A stretch of DNA of 64,000 nucleotides from an uncultured Chlamydiae bacterium (GTDB lineage: Bacteria > Chlamydiota > Chlamydiia > Chlamydiales > JAJFMA01), in assembly GCA_963713615.1 (NCBI GenBank), contig CAVQMM010000001.1, forward strand, positions 2,496,001 to 2,560,000, in the 5' to 3' direction. How positions within the stretch are numbered: the stretch's first letter is position 1; each line of letters begins with the position of its first letter. The translations under genes and the position numbers were made by a program. Under the pieces are notes generated by a model that ran no database searches, had not been told where the DNA came from, and worked only from the letters and a program-made list of their open reading frames with translations. Shown in pieces: positions 45,308-56,181 of this stretch.

Positions 45308-46447
45308 TTAGCGACGGTTGTGGCGCTCCGATAGAATGCTCTCCATCAGCGTTAGGTAGGATACAAAACGCATGGGTGAGATACCCCCTTCATCCACTGC
45401 TGCTTTTACAGCACAGTTCTCTTCATGGGTATGCGTGCAGTCAGTAAAACCACAGCCCTGTCCCAGCGCATGAATCTCCTCAAAATACTGCTCTACCTCG
45501 TCAACATCTAAATCCCAGATACCAAAACTTTTAATACCCGGAGTATCCACGCACCATCCCCCAAAGCTTAGTGGGATCAGCGTCGTTGAGGTTGTGGTGT
45601 GCGATCCCTTTCGTGTGCGCGCCACCGTTTCACCAATGCGCAGATCAAGCCCCGTCATGGCATTAATCAGAGAGGATTTTCCAACTCCCGACTGACCCGA
45701 AAATACCGATGATCTGTCACGCATGTGGTCGCGCAGTTGGTCAAGGCCTTCTCCGGTGGTCGCGCTAACAGAGACGATGGGAATACCCGCTTGGGCATAA
45801 GCCTTTAGGCATTCTTCATAAAGCCATTTCTGGTCCTCTACTGTAGTATCAGCCCCCTCTAAGAGTTCGATTTTGTTAATGACAATCACAGGATTCATGC
45901 CGCCTTTGCAGGTAGCAATAATGTATCTATCGATAAGGGCAGCCTTGAGGGGAGGATCGACCACCGATACGGTAATCAGCACTTGATCGATGTTTGTAGC
46001 AATCACCTGTTCCTTACGCCGCGATAGATTATCGGCACGGGAAAGAATGGTCTCACGCGGCTCCACAGCAGCAATAGCTCCCTCACCAGGTGTGATTTCT
46101 TCAAACCAGACATAGTCTCCGACAGCAACAAGATTTTTCTGCATGGTCTTTTCTTTTTTGAGAACCCCACGTAGCTCACAAATCCATTGTTGATCTTTAT
46201 CGAAGATGACAATCCCTTGTGACATGATGGAGATCACTCTAGCACGTCGTAGGCCCTGCTGAGCTAATGCTGCTGCATCAAATAGCTCTTGGTGTTTACC
46301 TTGATCTGTTTTTTTGTATTTGGAACGATCGCGAGCTTCTACGCGTTTGCGCTCCTGGCGTCCTTCCTTACGCCTTTCACCGAGATAGTGCTCCTCGATG
46401 GGACAACCCGCCCAGCGCTTGCCTTTGTATCCCTTTTCCTTAGTCAT
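45308..46447 (-). CDS. rsgA: Ribosome small subunit-dependent GTPase A
   Basis: NKIEL, GQSGVGKSSLIN, DTPG and C-x4-C-x-H-x5-C zinc finger. Confidence 0.94.
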   Translation of the reverse strand: MTKEKGYKGKRWAGCPIEEHYLGERRKEGRQERKRVEARDRSKYKKTDQGKHQELFDAAALAQQGLRRARVISIMSQGIVIFDKDQQWICELRGVLKKEKTMQKNLVAVGDYVWFEEITPGEGAIAAVEPRETILSRADNLSRRKEQVIATNIDQVLITVSVVDPPLKAALIDRYIIATCKGGMNPVIVINKIELLEGADTTVEDQKWLYEECLKAYAQAGIPIVSVSATTGEGLDQLRDHMRDRSSVFSGQSGVGKSSLINAMTGLDLRIGETVARTRKGSHTTTSTTLIPLSFGGWCVDTPGIKSFGIWDLDVDEVEQYFEEIHALGQGCGFTDCTHTHEENCAVKAAVDEGGISPMRFVSYLTLMESILSERHNRR

Positions 46448-47307
46448 CACTTCCACCTACTGGCATAGTCGTGAACAAACTGTTCAAAAGTATGTGGGCG
46501 TCTTCCAAGTAATTTCTCTACGTCGTCCGAGATATGAGCGGCCTGACCATTGCGCATTTCACGAAAGAGCTGGACCATCTCCCCGATAGATTTCTCCGAC
46601 CATTGCAACTTCTGTAGCGTTTCAATATAACTTTCTTCAGAAACGGGCCTGTAGATCACCTTACGACCTGCCTTATGTGTGATGACTTCGGCAACTTCAT
46701 GATGATTGAGATCTTCACTGCCAGTAAGTACCAAGCCCTTCGCTTCATAACCCTCATTGGACAGAAGGACTGTAGCTGCCACGTCGGCAATATCTCGAAC
46801 ATCGATAAAACTGATTCTGGAATCTGCGGCGGGAAAGAAGATCTCTCCGCGAGACATAATATCATCATGATAATAAGTGAGGAAATTCTGCATAAACCAA
46901 TTGGGTCTAAGCAAGGTCCAGGGGATATCTTGCTCCCGAACATAGATATCAGTTCTCGCACTGACAAACGAATCTCCTCGAGTAGCAGCCCCTAAGCCTG
47001 TGACCGCCACAACATGCTCTATACCTGACTTGCGAGCGGCGTGGAGTAGTTGCTTCACGGCTTCGACCGGTTGTGGTGAGGGCGGGGCTATGATAAACAG
47101 TTTTTGATGTCCTTGGAGAGTACTTTCAAAGAGATCGGCATGCTGATAGTCAAAGGGTATCGCAACCCCTGCCATCCACCCCTGGAGTGCCTTGGGCTGA
47201 CGTACTCCTAAACTGATATCTGCCCCACGGTTATGCAACAGCTGGGCAACCTGGCTCCCAACCGTTCCTGTCGCTCCGATCAAAAAAATGCGTTTTTGTT
47301 TAGACAT
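46447..47307 (-). CDS. NmrA-like atypical SDR oxidoreductase
   Basis: GATGTVG, LRPNWFMQN and IDVRDIA motifs. Confidence 0.88.
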   Translation of the reverse strand: MSKQKRIFLIGATGTVGSQVAQLLHNRGADISLGVRQPKALQGWMAGVAIPFDYQHADLFESTLQGHQKLFIIAPPSPQPVEAVKQLLHAARKSGIEHVVAVTGLGAATRGDSFVSARTDIYVREQDIPWTLLRPNWFMQNFLTYYHDDIMSRGEIFFPAADSRISFIDVRDIADVAATVLLSNEGYEAKGLVLTGSEDLNHHEVAEVITHKAGRKVIYRPVSEESYIETLQKLQWSEKSIGEMVQLFREMRNGQAAHISDDVEKLLGRRPHTFEQFVHDYASRWK

Positions 47308-48055
47308 GATCCGTCCTACCTAATACATAGATTAATATTGCACCAGCAATGCTTACGTTTAGAGAATCCATCGCTCCAGACATGGGTATTGTCACTGCTT
47401 TACAGTGTGCTCTAGAAGTATCTGAGGGGCCTTTGGCTTCGTTGCCTAGCACCAGCAGCACTCCCTCCTCCCAGGATACATGTTCGACAGGCAAGCCATC
47501 CAGATCCGCGACAAAAGGCACCCAATGTCTTTGAGAAATCAGACTCTGCAGTGTAGTCCAGTTTCCTTTTGCTAAAGGAATACGAAAAGTGGCTCCCATG
47601 GCAGCTCGAAGAGCTTTATCATTGTATGGATCGCAGCAGCCATCCAGAAAATAAACGCCTTGCCATCCTAAGGCCAAGGCAGTGCGTATCAGCGTACCGA
47701 CATTTCCAGGATCGCTAACGCCATCCAAAGCTACCACACGGGTAGCACCCTCAAGAGTAGACCAAGCAGGTTTTTCGACCTCTGCGACAATACCATCAGG
47801 AGTAACGACACCGGCGATTTTTTGTAGAATAGCCTCATTTGCCACGATGACTTCAGCGGCCCTGATACCTGGGGGCACCAGCGACTGGTCGGCAGCGACC
47901 ACTAAGCGTAGCTCTCTGGTAGCACTTAGCTCAAGAAGCATCTTGCGCCCCTGTACCAAGACACTATTGTTCAGCTCGCGATAGGCAGAGTCGTCTCGCA
48001 GGCTAACAAGATGCTTCACAACAGGGTGTGTGAGGCTAGAGATGACACGATCCAT
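47300..48055 (-). CDS. TrmH/SpoU-family RNA methyltransferase
   Basis: DPGNVGTLIR, GNEAKG and IPM...DSLNVS motifs. Confidence 0.9.
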   Translation of the reverse strand: MDRVISSLTHPVVKHLVSLRDDSAYRELNNSVLVQGRKMLLELSATRELRLVVAADQSLVPPGIRAAEVIVANEAILQKIAGVVTPDGIVAEVEKPAWSTLEGATRVVALDGVSDPGNVGTLIRTALALGWQGVYFLDGCCDPYNDKALRAAMGATFRIPLAKGNWTTLQSLISQRHWVPFVADLDGLPVEHVSWEEGVLLVLGNEAKGPSDTSRAHCKAVTIPMSGAMDSLNVSIAGAILIYVLGRTDHV

Positions 48056-49317
48056 CAGCCCCCCTCCCTAGCCCACAAAATCGACCGTTTCAACAAAAGC
48101 ATGACAGCATCAGGATCGCTAATTTGTTCGCTTATGGCAATGCGTTCAGCCTCTTTGAGAAGCAGACCCATCTGTTTTCCTGGTTGGATGCCATTACGTT
48201 CAAGGTGATGGGCAGTGACGACAGGACGCCGTTCGCGCAAACGTGTGATATCCCCCGCCATGTCATTCTGCGCACTTTGATGTAAGTCCAGGCACCCTTG
48301 ACGTAGATCTCGGGGAAGAGTTGCTGCAAAGGTGCGCAGACATAAGTCTGTACGATCATCAGCATATAAGTATACCCACTCAGGACTCGGCTTAATGCTG
48401 CTATTAAGAACACCACGAAACATCTGGTAGGCATGCAGACACCACCCGGCTAGCTGGACATCTTTATTAGGGCCGCGAAGGTCTTGGCAAATGGCTTCGA
48501 AGTCTTTAGCAGTACCCTCGGGAAATAGTTGCATCAGACATAGGATGGCAGGACACGGGTGTGGAAAATCTTTGAGGGCACGCGTACGCGTGACAATTTC
48601 TTCCAGGGGCAATCCAACCAGTTGTGGAAAAATGACTTGAAGCAAACCCAGTTCATGCATCGTCACTAAGGCACGCCCCACACCAGGATGATTGGCTATC
48701 TTGTTGAATTCTTGCCACACTCGCTCTTTAGCAACCGGAGGAAACAGCGCTGTTGCATGTACGGCGATGGCATCGCGAGTGCTTCTTTCCAGTGAAAAAT
48801 GAAAGCGCGCCATGATACGTATGCCGCGGACCATACGGAGACGATCCTCTTTGAAGCGCTCATGCGGATCGCCAATGGCGCGGACAAGGTTGCGTTTGAG
48901 GTCTTCATGACCACCGACGTAATCAAGAATCTGCTGGGTCAAGGGATCGTAAAACATGCCATTGATGGTAAAATCCCGACGTTGAGCATCTTCTTCTGGA
49001 CTGGAGAATTCGATCGCTTCAGGCCGACGACCATAAAGGTATAGGCCATCTTTTCGAAAGGTGGCTACTTCGAAGGGAGTGTCGTCAACGATCACCATGA
49101 TGACACCAAAAGAAGCGCCTACCTGAACAGTATGTGGGAAGAGGCTCGTGACAACTTCTGGCGCGGCTGACGTAGCAATATCGATATCTGGCGAGAGCTC
49201 CTGCAGAAGATAGTCGCGCACCCATCCACCTGCAAAGTAGGCCACATGCCCTGCATCGCGCAGAGTACGTACAATCTGAACTGCTTTATCATATGTTGTT
49301 CCCATAATAACAGACAT
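48055..49317 (-). CDS. Class II tRNA nucleotidyltransferase (CCA-adding/PcnB family)
   Basis: GGWVRD..DIDIAT, EVATFR, RRDFTING and EDRLR motifs; poly(A)-polymerase GRRF signature absent. Confidence 0.88.
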   Translation of the reverse strand: MSVIMGTTYDKAVQIVRTLRDAGHVAYFAGGWVRDYLLQELSPDIDIATSAAPEVVTSLFPHTVQVGASFGVIMVIVDDTPFEVATFRKDGLYLYGRRPEAIEFSSPEEDAQRRDFTINGMFYDPLTQQILDYVGGHEDLKRNLVRAIGDPHERFKEDRLRMVRGIRIMARFHFSLERSTRDAIAVHATALFPPVAKERVWQEFNKIANHPGVGRALVTMHELGLLQVIFPQLVGLPLEEIVTRTRALKDFPHPCPAILCLMQLFPEGTAKDFEAICQDLRGPNKDVQLAGWCLHAYQMFRGVLNSSIKPSPEWVYLYADDRTDLCLRTFAATLPRDLRQGCLDLHQSAQNDMAGDITRLRERRPVVTAHHLERNGIQPGKQMGLLLKEAERIAISEQISDPDAVMLLLKRSILWAREGG

Positions 49318-49418
49318 TGTACTCGAACAGTGAAATAGGAGGAAGAAGAGCAGTGACCCATGGGCATAGTGTTACTTTCGGATATTGGCGACGCAGTCGG
49401 TTGGGGCTCCAAAGCGCG

Positions 49419-51053
49419 TTATTTATACGGCACTATGAGGTCAGATACAATCACAAAACCGCGATCGGCCATCCATTCAACTGAGTTAAAAAAATCAACG
49501 TTACACCCCACAATATCAATCCATTCCAATGTAGATTGATATTTCGTTAAACTGGTGTGGTCACCCCACTTGGAACAGTTACGTAGATTCAGATGTGTCA
49601 ATTGAAGTCCGTTTCCGGAAGAAAATTCTTTCAAACGCCAACTATCACTAAAATCAATGCGACGCAAACTTGGCAAATTGCGTGCACCCCCAGTAAAGGT
49701 AGAATCTAAGCGACATCGCGCCATCGTCAGTTCCTCCAACAATGGAAACTCACGAGACCAAAGAAGAAGGTCGGTTTCCTCTGCAAAACCAGAAAGGTTA
49801 AGGTGTGTGACGTAAGGGGCAATCAGATCCAATAGCCAGCATAACTGATATGGCGTCAAGCCCGCGATATCCAAGTGATCATAGTGCGTGATCCGATGGG
49901 CAGCGATTGCAAAAAAGGTCTTCAGCCATGTTTGAGACCTTTGAACGGCCGCCGGATCAATATTGCTATTCAGTTTTGATTTTAATCCTTTGAAACCATT
50001 CTTTAAGATTTTTCCTATGCTACGCTTGGGCTGCTTTTTTGGATTGGAATTAACTAGGGGTGGTAAATTCTTCAGATGCTGTGGCAACTGCGCAACCAAT
50101 AGATCACAACAGATCTCTGGCGTTAAATCCGATGACGTCGGGTGACCAGACAACACGCCAAAAAGCTCTTCACTAGAAGTCATGGCATAGTGAAGCATCT
50201 CCTGAGTCCGCTTTAGTCCCCGTGCTAACAGGTCATCAATACATTCCTCAGGAACACTAGCAAGGACTTGCGCACACTGCTCTAGGCTCGAAATATTTTG
50301 AGTGAACAGTTTGACGCAGCAGTTTTTGAAATATGACATCTGAGGTAATTGATCTGTTGGATCATACTTCATGGCAGAGATGTAGTGATCCAACGCTGTA
50401 GTCGCATCTAAATTAGAAAACAGTTCGGCCAAGTAAGTCTTGTGAACCAACTCTCTCACCACAGATTCCTGGCTGGGTCTTAGTTGCAACATCTGGTACG
50501 GCATGATCATGGCCAATTTGGAAGGACTGTTTTCTAATAGCAAAGATACAGCGATTAGGGAAACTTGAACTGATACGCGGACCAAAGGTCTTGATAAGGC
50601 AATATCCCAGTTTTCAGTAATCTGTGAGCCACTCCATGCCTGATGCAGAACCTGGCCTTCACCCACAGAAGATTCAAAAACAGCTTTAAAATGTTCACTC
50701 ATTTTTGATAGTTCTAGGGAATTCGCTAAAATTGTCTGATCCTCATCTTGACCTTCAATCTCGACATCTTTTGGTCTATAGTTCTTGAAAACATCTGATA
50801 AAACAACTTGTTCAATCGCTAAGCGTTCCGATGGCATGATATGCCAGGCTCGCTGCGCTGCTATAAGCATCTTTCGAGTGTAATTGCCGTCAATGATATT
50901 TTCATCATTGAGGGCTTTGAGAGCCTCGAGCACGACGTTTACTTGCTCGTATGTTAATATTTCCTGCGTCAAACAGGCCTGTGCAGCAGCCTCAACAACT
51001 TCAGATGTCAGCAACTTGGGTTCTTGAACGTAAATAATGTTATCCATTGACAT
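49419..51053 (-). CDS. BTB-like plus LRR effector-like protein, paralog 1
   Basis: KDVEI...ANSLELSKMSEHFKAVF (BTB-like); VTHLNLS/LRRIDFS/LTHLNL LRRs; clear paralog of 51179-52828. Confidence 0.75.
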   Translation of the reverse strand: MSMDNIIYVQEPKLLTSEVVEAAAQACLTQEILTYEQVNVVLEALKALNDENIIDGNYTRKMLIAAQRAWHIMPSERLAIEQVVLSDVFKNYRPKDVEIEGQDEDQTILANSLELSKMSEHFKAVFESSVGEGQVLHQAWSGSQITENWDIALSRPLVRVSVQVSLIAVSLLLENSPSKLAMIMPYQMLQLRPSQESVVRELVHKTYLAELFSNLDATTALDHYISAMKYDPTDQLPQMSYFKNCCVKLFTQNISSLEQCAQVLASVPEECIDDLLARGLKRTQEMLHYAMTSSEELFGVLSGHPTSSDLTPEICCDLLVAQLPQHLKNLPPLVNSNPKKQPKRSIGKILKNGFKGLKSKLNSNIDPAAVQRSQTWLKTFFAIAAHRITHYDHLDIAGLTPYQLCWLLDLIAPYVTHLNLSGFAEETDLLLWSREFPLLEELTMARCRLDSTFTGGARNLPSLRRIDFSDSWRLKEFSSGNGLQLTHLNLRNCSKWGDHTSLTKYQSTLEWIDIVGCNVDFFNSVEWMADRGFVIVSDLIVPYK

Positions 51054-51178
51054 CTACCATTTTTCAATATTTTTCATTCTAAACATGAATTAAAAACAGA
51101 ATATAATAATATTGAATTAACAACAATAGAAAAAAATCAATAAAACGTTTATAACATTTTTTTTTAACACAAACCATG

Positions 51179-52828
51179 TCAGCCCACTTTTAGTACATTG
51201 TCGCTGGAGTGATATACAATCACTAAACTGGAATTAACCATCCAATTAACACTCTTAAGAAAATCAGGGTTACACCCCACAACATCAAGCCATTGCAATG
51301 TCGATCTATTCGCCTCTAAACTGGCGTGGTCACCCCAATTGGCACAGTTGCGTACATTCAGGTGCGTAAGTTGAAGTCCCTTTCCTATAACAAATGCTTT
51401 CAAACGGGGACTATCACTAAAATCAATACGACGCAGACTTGGCAATGGCTTTGAGTTGCCAATAAATGTTAAATCTAAGGAACATCCCGCCATCGTCAGC
51501 TCCTCTAACTTGGGAAAATCACGTGACCACAGAGGGATATCGTCCTCCTCTGCAAAACCGGAAAGGTTAAGATGTGTGACATAAGGGGCAATAGTATCCA
51601 ACAGCCAAATTAGCTGATATAGCTCCAAACCTCTGATATCCAAGTGATCATAGCGCGTGATTTGACTAGCGACAAGGTCGAAGTTCAGTAGCCAGATTTG
51701 AGCCCTGTTAACTGCCGCGGGATCCACGGGGTTGTTATTCACCTTATGGTCCTTAAATACCTTCGTAACACCCTTCTTTAACAACTTGAATAGGCCAGCC
51801 TTTTTCTTCCCTTCCCTAGCTCCTGGGGAATTAATCGGAGCCTCAAAATACTTCAGATTACCTGGCAAGCGCTCAATTAATAAGTCACCACAAATCTGAT
51901 GTGTTAAAACCGACGATGTTTTATCACCTCTCAAGATAGCAAAAAGCTCCTCGCTGGGCATCATGGCATACCTAAGCATGTCCTGAGTCCGCTTTAGCCC
52001 ACGCGCTAACAGGTTTTTGATACAGTCCTCAGGAACATCATCGAGAATTTGTGTACACTCCTCTAGGCTCGAAATCTTTTGAGTTAATAGTTTAACACAG
52101 CGGTCTTTGAAATGAGACATGTAAGGTGATCGATCTGTCGGATCATATTTCATCGCCCTGATGTAGTGGTCCAAGGCTGTCGTCTCATTCAAATTAGAAG
52201 ACAGTTCGGCTAAGAACATCTTGTCAATAGAATCTCTAACTGCTGATTCCTGACTGGGCCTTAAATGCAATAGTTCGTAAGTGATCTTTTTGTCCACGCT
52301 AGAAGCCTTATTTTCTAATAGGACCTCTACAGCGACTAGAGAAGCCTGAACTGTCACATGGACAAAAGGTTTTGATAAGACAATATTCCAGTCTTCAGCT
52401 ATGCTTGAGCCACTCCATGCATGATGCAGTGTCTGGCCTTCATCCATGGATGATGTAAAAACATTTTGAAAATAATCACTCATTTTTGAAAGCTCTAGGG
52501 AATTCGCTAAAATTGTCTCATTCCCACCTTGACTTGCAATTTCGACATCTTTTGGTCTATAGTCCCTGAAGGCATCCGATAACACAACTTGTTCAATCGC
52601 CAGGCGTTCGATTGGCATGATATGCCAAGCTCGCTGCGCCGCTACAAGCATCCTTTGAGTGTAATTACGATCAACGATATTTTCAGAGCTGTGCACTTTG
52701 AGAGCCTCAAGCACCACGGTTACTTGCTCGGGCGTTAATGCTTCTTGCGTCAGGCATGCCTGTATGGCAGCTTCAACAACTTCACGATTCAGCAGCTTTG
52801 ATTCTTGAACACAAATTATTTGATCCAC
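51179..52828 (-). CDS. BTB-like plus LRR effector-like protein, paralog 2
   Basis: Colinear and similar along the full length to 49419-51053. Confidence 0.75.
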   Translation of the reverse strand: MDQIICVQESKLLNREVVEAAIQACLTQEALTPEQVTVVLEALKVHSSENIVDRNYTQRMLVAAQRAWHIMPIERLAIEQVVLSDAFRDYRPKDVEIASQGGNETILANSLELSKMSDYFQNVFTSSMDEGQTLHHAWSGSSIAEDWNIVLSKPFVHVTVQASLVAVEVLLENKASSVDKKITYELLHLRPSQESAVRDSIDKMFLAELSSNLNETTALDHYIRAMKYDPTDRSPYMSHFKDRCVKLLTQKISSLEECTQILDDVPEDCIKNLLARGLKRTQDMLRYAMMPSEELFAILRGDKTSSVLTHQICGDLLIERLPGNLKYFEAPINSPGAREGKKKAGLFKLLKKGVTKVFKDHKVNNNPVDPAAVNRAQIWLLNFDLVASQITRYDHLDIRGLELYQLIWLLDTIAPYVTHLNLSGFAEEDDIPLWSRDFPKLEELTMAGCSLDLTFIGNSKPLPSLRRIDFSDSPRLKAFVIGKGLQLTHLNVRNCANWGDHASLEANRSTLQWLDVVGCNPDFLKSVNWMVNSSLVIVYHSSDNVLKVG

Positions 52829-52939
52829 TGTATATACCGCCTATCAATAGATGTTTTTCTATAAGATGAATTAAAGACACTCTAACATAACAATAAATTA
52901 AGTTCAATAAAAAATTGTCAATAAATGGTTTTTGTCAAC

Positions 52940-53112
52940 TTTTTAACGCAAAGGCGCAAAGGAGAGCTCACGTTAGTATTTCACAACACTTATGATTTAT
53001 AAGTGCCTCCTATTTTTTAAAAAATTAAATAGAAAATTGAGAGCAAGCGTTCCAGCTGGAAAGCTTGATGAATCGCGAGCGTGAGCTCTTCTTTGCGCCT
53101 TTGCGTTAAAAA
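52940..53112. repeat. Inverted-repeat element (CGCAAAGGCGCAAAG family) with AT-rich core
   Basis: Arms at 52940-52972 and 53080-53112. Confidence 0.8.
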
Positions 53113-53205
53113 TTGACACAATCGCCATTGCAGAAGTCGGCAGGGAAGGCATTCTCTTCCCATAACTCGCAGCAAAAAATGTCAAAGTCTGGTAACATTG
53201 GCGCC

Positions 53206-55014
53206 ATGGTTGCAAAAATACGCGTATTGACAGATGAGACGATCAATAAAATCGCTGCTGGCGAGGTCATCGAAAACTCGGCTTCGGTGGTAAAAGAGTT
53301 GGTCGAAAACAGTCTCGATGCTGGTTCCACCGAAATTCACATCGAAATCAAGGGCGGGGGCAGGCAATTGATTCGTGTTACGGATAATGGGTGTGGGATG
53401 GGCAACGACGATGCCCTGCTATGCTTAGAGCGCCATGCTACCTCAAAGATTCGCGAAGCCGAAGACATCGAAGAGGCGGGCACGTTAGGCTTCCGTGGTG
53501 AAGCAATTCCTTCTATTGCTTCCATCTCGAAGTTTACTTTGCTTACCTGTCCTCATGACGAGGGGGCTTTGGGGACCATGGTCATTATCGAAGGTGGCCG
53601 CATCTTAAAATGTTGTCCTGCCGCACGATCTCCAGGAACCACGATCGAAGTCAAAGGTCTGTTTTATAATGTACCTGTGCGTCGCAAATTTCAGAGATCG
53701 CCAGCACACGATACCAATGAAGTTCTCAAAACCATTGGAAACCTGGCGCTAGCACACCCTGGCATTTCCTTTGAGTTGATCACTGAGCAAGAATCCCTTC
53801 TCCGAGCCCATGCGTCCCAGGAACAATCTCCTTTAGCGCAGCTGAGTGATCGCATCGTGAGCGTTTTAGGGCGTGAATTTGTTAACCAATGCACTCGTGT
53901 GGAATTCAGCCAAGATGGGTTGTCGCTTGTAGGTTTCATTGGATTACCTACTTCGTCCCGTCCCAATCGAACTGGTCAATATCTTTTCATCAATGGCCGC
54001 GCTGTAGTGGCTCCTTTGATTTCTTTTATTGTTCGCGATGCCTATGGCACGGCATTGCCGGCGAATAGGCATCCCTTGTTCGTTTTGCATCTGACGATTC
54101 CTGGAGAGCTTGTAGACGTCAATGTGCATCCGCAAAAACGCGAGGTACGGCTACGCCAGAATGAGCAGCTAAAGCAACTCATTCTTGGAGGTATAGGCAA
54201 AGCCTTGCAGGAGGCTAGTGGCTTTGCAGCACCTCTACCACCTGTAGGATCATCTGCGCCGCGGCCTTTTTTACATGCATATGAGTCGACTCCGCTGCCT
54301 TGGGAGGCACCAACGCATACTTTAGAGCCATTAATTCGCGAAACTCTAGCTACAGCCCCTGTATTTGAGTTGCCTTCAGAGCCAGCACAGCCAACTCTTT
54401 TTCAGCCTAAGATGTCACCTCCCAAGATTTTGGCTACCATTCGAGGTTTCGTCCTTTTGGATCCTCTCACATGCCCACAGGTATCCAGCGACATAGCGAC
54501 ATTGGTCATCCTTGATCAACGCGCCGCTCATCAACGAATCCTATTTGAACGCCTACGCAATGCCCGTACAATGGGTCCAGAAGCCCCCGTTCAGCAATTG
54601 CTGATTCCAGAGACGCTGGAGCTGACAACTATTGAAGCAGCGTGCTTGCGTGAGATGCTCCCGCACCTGCGTTTCTTAGGCTTGGATATCGACGAATTCG
54701 GCCAGAACACGTTCTTGGTACGTGCCGTGCCAGCAGAGTTCGATGCCTCTGATGTTCCCAGCGTGCTGAGCGATCTTGTGGAACAGTTAAGAGAATTTAA
54801 TAGCGATGCCATTAAGCATCAGGCAGGCGACCGTAAGCTCTCGATGGCAGCGAATCGCTTAGCAATCAATCGCAATCGCCATCTTAACGCTATTGAAGCA
54901 CAGCATCTGGTAGAACAGCTCTTTCAGTGTGAGATGCCTCTCCAATGCCCTCAAGGACGCCCCACCATTATTGGGATTGGAGAAAAAGAACTTTCTAAGC
55001 AGTTTCAATCCTGA
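53206..55014 (+). CDS. mutL: DNA mismatch repair protein MutL
   Basis: IAAGEVIE, GFRGEA, DVNVHPQK, DQRAAHQR and CPQGRP motifs. Confidence 0.96.
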   Translation: MVAKIRVLTDETINKIAAGEVIENSASVVKELVENSLDAGSTEIHIEIKGGGRQLIRVTDNGCGMGNDDALLCLERHATSKIREAEDIEEAGTLGFRGEAIPSIASISKFTLLTCPHDEGALGTMVIIEGGRILKCCPAARSPGTTIEVKGLFYNVPVRRKFQRSPAHDTNEVLKTIGNLALAHPGISFELITEQESLLRAHASQEQSPLAQLSDRIVSVLGREFVNQCTRVEFSQDGLSLVGFIGLPTSSRPNRTGQYLFINGRAVVAPLISFIVRDAYGTALPANRHPLFVLHLTIPGELVDVNVHPQKREVRLRQNEQLKQLILGGIGKALQEASGFAAPLPPVGSSAPRPFLHAYESTPLPWEAPTHTLEPLIRETLATAPVFELPSEPAQPTLFQPKMSPPKILATIRGFVLLDPLTCPQVSSDIATLVILDQRAAHQRILFERLRNARTMGPEAPVQQLLIPETLELTTIEAACLREMLPHLRFLGLDIDEFGQNTFLVRAVPAEFDASDVPSVLSDLVEQLREFNSDAIKHQAGDRKLSMAANRLAINRNRHLNAIEAQHLVEQLFQCEMPLQCPQGRPTIIGIGEKELSKQFQS

Positions 55015-55074
55015 GAAGGTGTTTACCAAGTTGGAGTCAGCACAATTCGAATTCTTTTCACCCTCGGAGGCCCT

Positions 55075-56154
55075 ATGTCCCTATCAGTACGCCTGAAAAA
55101 CCTTCAGAACATACTCCAAAAAGCCCCCAACGATGCTATCCTATTCGAAGACCCCATCAGCCTACTCTACCTAACCGGCTTACATCTTTCGTCGGGAAAG
55201 CTGCTGGTGACACGTCGCCAGGCATGCTTGATCGTAGACGGTCGCTATATCGAAGGGGCTCAACAGCAATCACTCTATCCGGTTCAACTACATAGCGACG
55301 ACGCATTTGCCACTGTGCTTAAAGAGTTTAACGTATCCGAACTGGGCTTCGCCCAGGAAAATACTAGCTACAAACGCTACCTGGAGCTAGTCGAAGCTGG
55401 CCCAAAAGCCGGAATCAGCTTAAAAGGCGTGGAGAACCCACTCAAGCAGCTTAGGATGATCAAAGACTCCGAAGAGCTCGACCTGCTACGCGAGGCCGCT
55501 CACCTGGGTTCACGCGGATACGACCTGCTCTGCGACCTGCTAGAAGAGGGTGTAAGGGAGCAAGACCTCGCCCAAGATCTGCAGCTTTTTTGGATCCGTC
55601 AAGGAGGCCAACAATTGGCCTTTGAACCGATTATCGCTTTTGGAGCCTCTACATCGCGTCCGCATTACCGCGCTGGTAAGCAACGCCTCGTCAAGGGACA
55701 ACCCGTCCTGATCGACATCGGCGTAACGCTAAACTCCTACCATTCCGATATGACCCGTGTGGTCTTCTTTGGCGAGCCGGCGCCGAAAATGCTCGAAATT
55801 TACAACATTGTTTTGGAAGCTCAACAAGCAGCTCTGGACCTATGTCGTCCAGGAACACGCGTCGGAGCCCTGGATGATGCTGCCCGCAGCCTCATTACCA
55901 AAGAGGGCTATGGGGAAATCTTTTCGCATAGCCTGGGACATGGCATCGGCCTGGAAGTCCATGAAATCCCAACCCTTCGCAACAAACCTCCCCATGAAAG
56001 CCAAGAGTTATTACCCGGCATGGTCATCACCATTGAGCCAGGTATCTACCTACCCGGTGTCGGCGGGGTGCGCATTGAAGATACGATTATCATCACAGAT
56101 AGCGGCTTTGAGGACTTGACGCAGCGCTCTAAAGAAATCAGAATTATTGAATAA
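55075..56154 (+). CDS. pepP: Xaa-Pro aminopeptidase (M24)
   Basis: SDMTR, HSLGHGIGLEVHE, TIEPG and GVRIED motifs. Confidence 0.9.
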   Translation: MSLSVRLKNLQNILQKAPNDAILFEDPISLLYLTGLHLSSGKLLVTRRQACLIVDGRYIEGAQQQSLYPVQLHSDDAFATVLKEFNVSELGFAQENTSYKRYLELVEAGPKAGISLKGVENPLKQLRMIKDSEELDLLREAAHLGSRGYDLLCDLLEEGVREQDLAQDLQLFWIRQGGQQLAFEPIIAFGASTSRPHYRAGKQRLVKGQPVLIDIGVTLNSYHSDMTRVVFFGEPAPKMLEIYNIVLEAQQAALDLCRPGTRVGALDDAARSLITKEGYGEIFSHSLGHGIGLEVHEIPTLRNKPPHESQELLPGMVITIEPGIYLPGVGGVRIEDTIIITDSGFEDLTQRSKEIRIIE

Positions 56155-56181
56155 TTACCGATAATACGTTATTATAGTTGC

